This document shows positions 9,911-17,798 of a stretch of DNA of 64,000 bases, piece by piece (positions within the stretch are counted from its first letter, which is position 1; each line of letters starts with the position of its first letter). The translations under genes were made by a program, and so were the position numbers. Source of the DNA: an uncultured delta proteobacterium (GTDB lineage Bacteria; Desulfobacterota; Binatia; UBA9968); NCBI GenBank assembly GCA_963816145.1, contig CAWFJP010000014.1, positions 576,001 to 640,000 of the forward strand. Direction: 5' to 3'. A model generated the notes under the pieces. The model was not told the origin of the DNA and ran no database searches. It saw nothing but the letters and a program-made list of their open reading frames with translations.

Positions 9911-9939
9911 AATGTAGCTACAGTATAGAGGCGTGTCAA
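9911..9939 (-). promoter_or_regulatory. sigma70-like brnTA promoter with an overlapping palindromic operator
   Basis: TTGACA(9939-9934)-17 bp-TACATT(9916-9911); perfect palindrome TGTAGCTACA at 9913-9922. Confidence 0.65.
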
Positions 9940-10003
9940 ACGCCGCGCGGATTACTGTTTGCGCTTTGTCCACTTCATTTTGCGAATCCGAATTTTCTTA
10001 AAA

Positions 10004-10041
10004 CGATTTGAACGGCTTGAACAGTTGGAACGACTGGAACG
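10004..10041. repeat. Type D tandem arm
   Basis: TTGAACGGC TTGAACAGT TGGAACGAC TGGAACG (9-bp period). Confidence 0.75.
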
Positions 10042-10054
10042 GGTGTCCCTGTCA

Positions 10055-11251
10055 TCAATCTTTTTTCCCCAGCAACCGATAGAACAGCGCCGTCGTTATG
10101 ATCAACGAGGTTCCGGCGGTCAGCGCAATCCCTAGCGAAGCGCCGAAAAGCGTGGCGGCGGCGCCGAGCACGATGGAGCCGATGGAGCGCATGCCCTGGT
10201 CGAGGTTGAAGACGCTCATCACCCGGCCCATGAGATTGCGCGGTGCTTCGACCTGGATAATGACGCGGCTGATGGTGCGGAAACTCACTTGGCCGGCGCC
10301 GACCAGGGTCAACAAGACCACCGAGAGCCAGAAGATCGGCGACATACAAAAGAGCATGAGAAAAATCGGCGTCGTTGTCGTCATGATCCACAATATCATC
10401 GCCCGGTTCCACCGTTCACCGACGGAGGCGATAAAGCTCAGCGAAGCGATACCGCCCAACCCCGGCGCCGCCATCAGTATGCCCAAACCCCTGGGGCCGA
10501 CGTCGAGCACCTGCTTTGCGAACACCGGCAAAAAGCTTTGATAGGTGACGATGAATATCGCGAAGGTGTAGGCTGCGATGACGCTGCTCAAAATTAGCGG
10601 CGTATGCCAAACATAGTGAAAGCCTTCTTTGAACTCGGCCAGAAAATTGTGTTCCCGGTCGACCGATTCCTCCTTGCGGTTGTGGATAAACAACATGCCC
10701 GTGGCCGATACTAGAAGGGTCGCCAGATAGGCGGCGTAGCAGCCGCCGACGCCGATCCAAAGTATCAACACGCCGCCAAGGGATGGGCCGGCGATGCGCG
10801 CGATATTGAATCCGACCGTGTAGAGCGCGACGGCGTTCATGACATCTTCGCGCGGCACCAATTCCGCCAGTATGGATTGCGCCGCCGAGGGATTTATCGC
10901 GCGGATCGAGCCGAAGAGAATTTCCAGCACGAGCAGGTGCCAGAACGCGAGGGTGCCGAACGTATAAATGGCTAGGAAAATCGTGATAGGAATTGCGCAG
11001 CCAAATTGCACCATGATCAGCAATAGTTTGCGATCGTAGCGGTCCACCAACACGCCGCTGAACGCGCCCAGGATCAAGCGCGGTGTCGCGCTGCACAGTC
11101 CCAAGACTCCCAATGCCATCGCCGAGCCGGTGATTTCGTAGGCGATCCAGTATAGTGCGACTTCTTCGACGAATTGGCCCACCGAGCCGAGCAGATCGGT
11201 TGACCAAAAGAGCGCGTAGTTGCGGTGGCGTAGTGAGTGAAATATGCGAAT
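10055..11251 (-). CDS. MFS transporter (likely start at ATT 11251)
   Basis: MFS motif GVLVDRYDRK. The frame stays open upstream of GTG 11182 through IRIFHSLRHRNYALFW, a typical N-terminus, and AAGGAG lies 9 nt before the ATT. Confidence 0.85.
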   Translation of the reverse strand: MRIFHSLRHRNYALFWSTDLLGSVGQFVEEVALYWIAYEITGSAMALGVLGLCSATPRLILGAFSGVLVDRYDRKLLLIMVQFGCAIPITIFLAIYTFGTLAFWHLLVLEILFGSIRAINPSAAQSILAELVPREDVMNAVALYTVGFNIARIAGPSLGGVLILWIGVGGCYAAYLATLLVSATGMLFIHNRKEESVDREHNFLAEFKEGFHYVWHTPLILSSVIAAYTFAIFIVTYQSFLPVFAKQVLDVGPRGLGILMAAPGLGGIASLSFIASVGERWNRAMILWIMTTTTPIFLMLFCMSPIFWLSVVLLTLVGAGQVSFRTISRVIIQVEAPRNLMGRVMSVFNLDQGMRSIGSIVLGAAATLFGASLGIALTAGTSLIITTALFYRLLGKKD

Positions 11252-11281
11252 GGTGTTGGGCTCCTTGCTGGAAAATATTTT

Positions 11282-11345
11282 TCACCACGAAGGGCACGAA
11301 GTGTTCGAAAAACAATAACACCGAGCTTCGTGTTCCTCGTGGTGA
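11282..11345. repeat. Type A palindromic tandem element
   Basis: TCACCACGAAGGGCACGAAG...CTTCGTGTTCCTCGTGGTGA. Confidence 0.85.
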
Positions 11346-11587
11346 GTAGAGTTTTGTGTATTGGCTATCGCTTCTTCCGCGAGAACGATAAATCAGCTTC
11401 TGTTTATAACCTTTCCAGTCGCCAGAGAAAAGCAAGCGCCGGGAAGAACTAAATGCACATGAATGCTCGATGTTCTGTTTGCCAATCCAAAATCAAAAAT
11501 CGAATATCCAAAATGGACTGCTGCGGTTGACAGCCGCAACGATTCGGATTACCTCGAATGAATACATTCTGAAGGAGAATTACGATA

Positions 11588-12577
11588 GTGGCTTACGATG
11601 ATCGCAGTGTGAAACCGATGAGCGCGAGTTTGATGCGCGCGCGCGTGGCGACCAAGCTTTTGGCGGGACTTTACGAAGATGTGCCGACGATGTTGACCAG
11701 CGCGATCCGATTGATGGTCGAGCTTCCCGGCGGCAAAGGCCACGACGGGCCGCCCTATCCGTTCACCATCGGCGTCAGTCCGGCGTGGTGCAGCGGCCTC
11801 AACGGCGCCAAGCTGGTCGCCAACGGCAAGTTGGATCTGGTCTGGTTGAACCCTTCGATCATTCCCTCGATGGCGGTGCGCGGTGTCGGACCGTTTCGCA
11901 AAGCGCAGCCGCTGCGCGCGCTGGCGGTATTTCCTTCCTGGGATCGCTTGGTAATCGCCGTGTCGCCGCGACTCGGCGTGAACTCGATGGAGGAATTGAT
12001 CGCCAAGAAACCGAAAATGAACGTGTCGATCGCCGTCAACGACTGCGTCGATTTTGCCATTAAATATTTGCTCAAGTGCCATGGTATTACGCAAAAAGAT
12101 TTCGTCGATTGGGGCGGCGTTGTCGACGAGGTGGTGCGGCCGAGCAATCCGCACCGGCGCGAAGGGATCATCTCCGGCGAACTCGACATGGTCATCGACG
12201 AAGGCATGGACTCCTGGGGCGACGTGGCGGTCGAGCATGGCATGAAGTTTTTATCCTACTCGGAGGCGGTACTGCAGAGGCTCGAAAAGTTCGGCTTTCA
12301 GCGCGCCCGTTTGGACCACGGCCGCATCGACGGCATCAACGACCCGACCACCGTGGTCGACTTCAGCGGCTGGCCCATCGTTGTCCATGAGAAATTCCCC
12401 GCCGATTTGGCCTACCACATCGCCGGCGTCTTGGAAAAAATCCGCGAAGAGATTCCCTACGACGCAACGGAAACGCCGTCGATGAAACAGCTTTGCTCCA
12501 ATACCGACGCCGGACCGCTGGATTTCCCGCTGCATCCGGGGGCGGAGAAGTATTATCGTGAGAAGGGGTATCTGTAA
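11588..12577 (+). CDS. TAXI-like TRAP solute-binding fold protein with no obvious signal peptide
   Basis: LRALAVFP, C-terminal PLHPGAEKYYREKGYL; TTGACA at 11528. Confidence 0.75.
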   Translation: MAYDDRSVKPMSASLMRARVATKLLAGLYEDVPTMLTSAIRLMVELPGGKGHDGPPYPFTIGVSPAWCSGLNGAKLVANGKLDLVWLNPSIIPSMAVRGVGPFRKAQPLRALAVFPSWDRLVIAVSPRLGVNSMEELIAKKPKMNVSIAVNDCVDFAIKYLLKCHGITQKDFVDWGGVVDEVVRPSNPHRREGIISGELDMVIDEGMDSWGDVAVEHGMKFLSYSEAVLQRLEKFGFQRARLDHGRIDGINDPTTVVDFSGWPIVVHEKFPADLAYHIAGVLEKIREEIPYDATETPSMKQLCSNTDAGPLDFPLHPGAEKYYREKGYL

Positions 12578-12586
12578 ACGACGCGA

Positions 12587-12657
12587 TCGTGATTCGTGCT
12601 CGTATTCGTGGCGGAGTTTCTCGGATCCGACGATCACCGGTGACGAACACGATCACG
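12587..12657. repeat. 6-bp-period palindromic tandem element (TCGTGA/TCGTGC ... CACGA)
   Basis: TCGTGATTCGTGCTCGTATTCGTG ... GACGAACACGATCACG between convergent genes; related copy at 27027-27080. Confidence 0.65.
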
Positions 12658-12680
12658 GCATCTTTTAACGCCGCCTATGC

Positions 12681-13699
12681 CTATTTGGCGATGCCGTAGG
12701 ATTTCAGCGTCTGGTCGATGTAGCCGCTATCGTCGAGTTTTTTCACCAGACGGGAGTCGATGAGGCTTTCCAAGTTGACGTTTGCCACCTGAGGGTTTTG
12801 GGTTTTCATGAACCGTTGCATGTTGCGCATGCCCTCCATGGAGGGATAGGGCTTCAAATCGGTGCTTTTGACCATGCCATCGTAGCCTTCTTCGGCGTCG
12901 GCCGAGTCGCTGAGCTTGAGACGTTTCATGATCGTCCGCACCACCAGCGGCTTATTTTCCGGCGCAAGGGAAAACGCCGCTCCCTCGATCAGCGCTTTCA
13001 AGAGATTCTCCAAGATTTGCGGTTGGGACTGCAAAAACGAATTGAGCACCACGACGGTCGAGCTGACGGTGCGGGTGTTGGTTTTGTTGAGCTCAACAAG
13101 AACCGGAAAGCCCTTTTTCTTGAGCTTCTGGCTGAATGCGGTGTCGAGGGGTGCGACGTCGATGACGCCGGTCTCCAAGGCTTGGGCGAGCACGGTTTGG
13201 TCGCCGATGGTGAGAACTTTGATGTCGTCGCGCGCCGGATCGAGCTTGAGCTGTTCGAGCGCGAGCATGGCGGTGATCCATAGACTGCCGCCGACCACCT
13301 GAACGCCCAATCGTTTGCCGCGCAGATCCTTGGGCGAGTTGATGCCGGGCCGGGCGACCAGATCGTGGGTAAGTTTGCTGGTAAATGCGGCGATGATCTT
13401 GAGATCGGGTCCTTTCTCGCCGACTCCGAGAACCGAGATGCCGCCGGCTTGGCTGATGTCGATGCTTTTCGAATAAAGCGCGCTGATCGAGAGTGAGCTG
13501 TTGCGGATGAATATGACTTCCGCCTTGATGCCGTATTTGGCGAAGAAGCCTTGCTCGTCGGTGACCCAGAGGGGCGCAACCCGCGGATTGTTAGCGGCGT
13601 GGGCGATGGTGAGTTTCGTGAGTGCAGCGGCGCCGTGAGCTGGAACGCCAGGCAAGTTTGAAGCAGCAACCTTAGCACGACGATGAAGAGTTTGATCAT
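12681..13699 (-). CDS. NMT1/SsuA/THI5-like ABC substrate-binding protein (frameshift in the signal peptide)
   Basis: GGAGG RBS before ATG 13699; PLWVTDEQGFFAKYGI, DLRGKRLGV, IDSRLVKKLDDSGY. Confidence 0.85.
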
Positions 13700-13754
13700 G
13701 GCGGTAGCCTCCCTGAATGCTCATTGCGGCCCCACAGGGACAACTAGATTCGGA

Positions 13755-13855
13755 TTTCCACCGGAGAGGGACCGGGGTCACCCCGGCGAAGGCCGGGGCA
13801 GATTTCAGAAATTTTAACTCTGGTTTTTCCGTGATCTCTGTGTGCTTTGTGGTGA
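13755..13855. repeat. Type B element remnant with a nested REP (GTCACCCCGGCGAAGGCCGGGGC)
   Basis: Right arm TCCGTGATCTCTGTGTGCTTTGTGGTGA; REP hairpin at 13777-13799. Confidence 0.55.
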
Positions 13856-13887
13856 GTCTTTCCGGAATTCACTGGCGAATATCCGCA

Positions 13888-14943
13888 CTAGAGCTTCTGC
13901 GCCATGCCGAACAATCGCATAGCGTTGCCGCCCAGGATTTTATCTTTGTCGCCGTCCGAAACTCCTTCCATTTCTTTGATCATCTGCACGGTGCCCTGTT
14001 TCGAGTTCCAGGTCGCCGAGGGATCGCCGTGCGGATAATCGCTGCCGACAGTAAGATTGTGGTCTTTCCAGAAATCGCAGGCGTACTTCAAAGATTCTTC
14101 GGCGGCGAAAGCCGACACCCAGATCTGGCTGAAAAATTCGCGCGGTCGCTTGCCCAATTTCTTCTTTGCTGCCGGGTCCATGTCCAGGCGGTCCATCAAC
14201 CAGGGCACGAAGGCCGCCGACCCTTCGACAAAGCAGATGCGCAGCTTGGGAAACTCCTTCAGCGCGCCGCGCAGAATCAAACTGCCCATGTCGACGATGT
14301 AGCGGAACGGAAAACCGAGCAGGAAGGGCAGGGCATTGTTGTCGACTTCCAGATAGAGCTGCTCGATGCCGACCAGCGCGGGATTGGGATGGCCGTCGCG
14401 GTCCGACGCGGTGTCGTGCACGAGAATCGGCACGTCGAGATCGCAGCACTTTTGGTAAAACGGCCAAAGCTTTTCCGCGCCGAGATTGGCGTCGGCAAAG
14501 CCGCCCATGAACTTCACCGCTTTGAGGCCGAGAGTCTTTACCGCGCGCTCCAGTTCCCGGCAAGATGCTTCGACATCGGGAAGAAAGACCCACGCGACAC
14601 CGAGATACTTTTCCGGATGGGCGCACTCTTTGAGGTCTTGCGCCACCGTGTCGTTATAGGCGCGCGCCAGCTCGCAGCCCAAGTCGCGATCCCAGGTGTA
14701 AAGCAGCTCGCGATTTTCCGGGATGAGCACATGGATATCGAAACCTTCCCAGTCCACATGCTGGTCGCGGGTATCGAGATGCCAGCGTCCTTTGGGCGCT
14801 TGATTCTTGATCAAGGTGCCGTCCGGCAACACCGAGCGCACGTCGTCGCCATTGCGGACGACCCTGGGCGAGTGCGGATACTTGGCGCTAACGCCCTCCA
14901 GGAATTTGACTGGGAAATAATGAGAGTCGCAATCGATGTACAT
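13888..14943 (-). CDS. Amidohydrolase family protein (Amidohydro_2, LigI/ACMSD-like)
   Basis: IDCDSH, ARAYND, PILVH, FPKLRICFVEG, GSDYPHGD, ILGGNAMRLF. Confidence 0.9.
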   Translation of the reverse strand: MYIDCDSHYFPVKFLEGVSAKYPHSPRVVRNGDDVRSVLPDGTLIKNQAPKGRWHLDTRDQHVDWEGFDIHVLIPENRELLYTWDRDLGCELARAYNDTVAQDLKECAHPEKYLGVAWVFLPDVEASCRELERAVKTLGLKAVKFMGGFADANLGAEKLWPFYQKCCDLDVPILVHDTASDRDGHPNPALVGIEQLYLEVDNNALPFLLGFPFRYIVDMGSLILRGALKEFPKLRICFVEGSAAFVPWLMDRLDMDPAAKKKLGKRPREFFSQIWVSAFAAEESLKYACDFWKDHNLTVGSDYPHGDPSATWNSKQGTVQMIKEMEGVSDGDKDKILGGNAMRLFGMAQKL

Positions 14944-15090
14944 GATCCAGCCCCTTTCGGCGCAATTCTTCAAATAATGGCATTGCCGATATAGCGATCA
15001 AATTTAGCCCGCGCCTAGCTTCCAGACCGGAGCATATGACCGATCAAGTTTGGGCGTCAAGGAGAAAAAGCTGCGGTGATATCGCGCCGA

Positions 15091-16048
15091 TTATTTTCCA
15101 CTGTTGAGCTGGCGCACGAAGCGGTCGTCGAAGAATTGCGCTGGTATGGCTTTTTTGGTTTCCGGCATGGTTTCCGACAGGAAATCCAGGATGCCCTGAA
15201 TGCCCGGCTCGGAAATCATCAGCTCGCGCTTGAAGCCTGCCTTGCGATAGAATTCGTAGGTGCGATCGATGATGTCGGGATCTTTTTCTTTGGTGTATTT
15301 GGCGATGACTTTCATAGTGAAGGGTTTGTCGCTGTAGTAGCGGTCGATGCCGGCGCGCACGGCTCGTAACAACGGCACCACCCGGGGAGCCAATTCATCC
15401 ATACGGGCGCGCCTCATGACGACGCCGACGTTTTGATAGGGCTGATCCAATGTGGTGGACATCGAATGAAATCCGGCCCGGTCGAGCTGGAAACTCGCGG
15501 GCGGCGCCGCCGCCCCGGCGACGATCTGGCCGGTCATTAGCGCCGCGGTGATCTGCTCACTGCCGCCCAATATTCGCAACTGAACATCTTTAGCCGTGAG
15601 TCCCAATTTGCGCAGCGCCACTAATGTGCCGTAAGCCACCGGACTGCCCGGCCGCTCCGTGCCGACGATTTTCCCTTTGAGTTGCTCCGCGCTCTTGATC
15701 TCGGCCCTGGCGTATAAATCCCAGATCATCGTATTGAGCATTCCCGCGGCAAAAATCACGTCGAATCCCCGCAACGACGCGTTGATCAGCGGCACCGCCG
15801 AGATCTGGATCACATCGACTTCGTTGGCGAGCAGCGCCGGCAGGGCGAGAGTCGAGGACATGGAAATCATTTCGACGTCCAACCCTTCTTTGGCGAATCC
15901 TCCGGTTTCCTTCGCCATCCACATGGAAGCCATGGTCCCCGACGTGAATAAGAAGGCGATGCGCAGCGGTCGCGCGGCGGCGGCGTGGCTTTCACGTGTG
16001 GGTGCGAGAACGCGCTAGCGCTCGTGGATCGAGTGTGGACCGCAGCAT
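15091..16048 (-). CDS. NMT1/SsuA-like ABC substrate-binding protein (5' end garbled or frameshifted; start approximate)
   Basis: PLRIAFLFTSGTMASMWMAKETGGFAKEGLDVE, LKGKIVG, FFDDRFVRQL. Confidence 0.8.
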
Positions 16049-16130
16049 CCAAACTCGCGGAAGTTTGGGATATGAGTTGCAAACGTTTGGTCTAGAATCG
16101 AGCTGTGGGAGAATACAATTCAATCCTGAG

Positions 16131-16248
16131 GTTTAACGCACGGGTGAGCCGCGCCGAAGGCATCTGTCTAGAGTCGCTCGCCAAGTGTAAAAATTGAGAA
16201 TGTTCCTTTTTCCCTCCTTGAGTCCTTAGTCCCCCCCCGGCGTTTACC
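16131..16248 (-). mobile_element. Interrupted attC-like site
   Basis: Intact right half GATGCCTTCGGCGCGGCTCACCCGTGC-GTTAAAC. Left AAC box GGTAAAC contains the stop of 16244..16912. About 70 bp of foreign sequence lies between the halves. Confidence 0.5.
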
Positions 16249-16912
16249 TCTCCAGACCGGCAGCCGAGAAGAAAGCGTGATCGGGGATGGACATAGCACG
16301 ACTGACATCGGGCGCCACCTTGGTCGCTCGAAGACTGTCGTAATGGTCGTACAACATAAGAAGGTTCCTGCAGGTCTGGGCAAACAAGTTCAGCAGGTCT
16401 TGGCCCTTGTCACACGAGGAGCAAACCCTGATGCCGTACTCCAGCACGGCGAGCGCGGAAGACATAAGGAATGGCGTGTTGTCGGGCCCAAACTTGGTTG
16501 TGAATTCTATCCTTCGTTCTCGCTTGTTGCGAGAGTAGAAGTGGCCGCAAAAGGGTACACCGTCCCGAACCGAGAACGATTTTGCGGGCACCAGGTCGAA
16601 GCCAGGCGGCCAATAGTCGCTACCCAGTAGGGCGAATACGGTTTTAGAGCCGTCTGGTGGGACTTGCAGGAGCCTCACAAGCCAATCGAGCGCCTGTCTG
16701 CCGTTCGGGCTTTGCGGTCCTCCAGCACCGTAAATGACGAAGGCTTGGTAGCAGGCAAATAGGCGGATGATCTCAACAGCAAAACGTTCGGTTGAACTGG
16801 TTAGCAGCGGGTCAACGTCGTAGAAGTTACAGGTGCAGTTCTCAGGCGCCATTGCTACTTCGAACGACATCAGTTTCTTCCGGCCTGCTATGGCATCCAT
16901 GAAGCCCATCAT
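16244..16912 (-). CDS. Hypothetical protein (putative integron gene cassette)
   Basis: 222-aa ORF with no recognised motif, bounded by GTTAGCC upstream and an attC-like site downstream. Confidence 0.6.
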   Translation of the reverse strand: MMGFMDAIAGRKKLMSFEVAMAPENCTCNFYDVDPLLTSSTERFAVEIIRLFACYQAFVIYGAGGPQSPNGRQALDWLVRLLQVPPDGSKTVFALLGSDYWPPGFDLVPAKSFSVRDGVPFCGHFYSRNKRERRIEFTTKFGPDNTPFLMSSALAVLEYGIRVCSSCDKGQDLLNLFAQTCRNLLMLYDHYDSLRATKVAPDVSRAMSIPDHAFFSAAGLER

Positions 16913-17012
16913 TCACCCCCGCGCGCCTGCTTCATTTTAGTTCAGGCGCATGGCTGTTGCATGTTACTCTGCGTCATCGATCTATCTACCCCCAGGGGCT
17001 GTGTCCTTGCCG

Positions 17013-17067
17013 GGCTAACGCCAAGGCTGAGAAGCGCGACTCGTCTTTCTCAAGCCGCTGGTTAGGG
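17013..17067 (-). mobile_element. attC recombination site
   Basis: Minus strand CCCTAAC-CAGCG-GCTTGAGA-...-TCTCAGC-CTTGGC-GTTAGCC: R'', L'', L' and R' boxes, an extrahelical base in L'', and the ORF stop TAA inside R''. Confidence 0.8.
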
Positions 17068-17403
17068 TTTTAAAACACCAAGCCAACGGAGAAACGCTAT
17101 GACCTTATCTGATGCCGCTATGATGGTTGCGATAATCGCAATGATAGTTGCACGACGCGAGTTGGAGAGGGCCTCGCGAGAAATAGAAAGGCTCTTCTCC
17201 TCGCGTGACTCCTTCCGCGAGTCAGCTCCAGAATTACGATTATCTTCCTTGGCTCGCAACCAATTTCGAACGACTAAAGATTTTGGACTGTCAACGCTGC
17301 CATGCTCACCATTGTCGCCATACTCACCCTTCATCCATCGAGAACAAACCTCGCTCTCTCCGAGTTTTTCAAGTTCAGCGACGAGATCATCTTGCCACGC
17401 CAT
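17062..17403 (-). CDS. Hypothetical membrane-anchored protein (integron gene cassette)
   Basis: 113 aa with a C-terminal hydrophobic helix. Preceded by GTTAGGG 5 nt before the ATG and ends in the complementary CCCTAAC. Confidence 0.7.
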   Translation of the reverse strand: MAWQDDLVAELEKLGESEVCSRWMKGEYGDNGEHGSVDSPKSLVVRNWLRAKEDNRNSGADSRKESREEKSLSISREALSNSRRATIIAIIATIIAASDKVIAFLRWLGVLKP

Positions 17404-17408
17404 AATAA

Positions 17409-17430
17409 CCCTAACTATTAAGGGAAGTGC
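17409..17430 (-). mobile_element. Cassette 5' core site, candidate attI remnant
   Basis: GCACTTCCCTTAATA-GTTAGGG; no attC hairpin upstream and no intI ORF nearby. Confidence 0.4.
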
Positions 17431-17798
17431 GTATGTGCTGAATATCCCGTCAGGTTATCTCGGATGCAGCGCACAGCTAGCGAATCCGATTCAATTGCAA
17501 TATCCACCTGATATCTTCACTAGTCAACAAAAGGTTTTCTGATAAAAGCCGACCGGCTCGGCGGGTAATCTCCCTAACGATCGGCGGGTTATTTCGGTAA
17601 AATCAGCGCACAGTTCCCGCAGGATTGAATTGAACGACGCTTCGGTTCCGTTATCTCTTGACGGGAAGCGGCGGCTATCGATGCCAAATCCAGCGCTGAA
17701 TCCAATTTAAACGTGACCAGCATCGAAGCTGACGGTATGTTCGGTGTCCGGCTCAGCGGAGGATCGCTACGCTGCTTCGTTGAAAGTCGACCTTGCGA

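Noticed and set aside
13717-14994. Long antisense or alternate-frame ORFs (e.g. 13717..14994 +, 42638..43759 -, 46728..47657 +, 50748..51665 -)
   Set aside because: Shadow ORFs of well-supported genes in GC-rich DNA, with no recognisable motifs.
17540-17790. Remnant integron integrase next to the cassettes
   Set aside because: No tyrosine recombinase motifs (HxLRH, LLGH, Y) seen in the ORFs or the frames I inspected.
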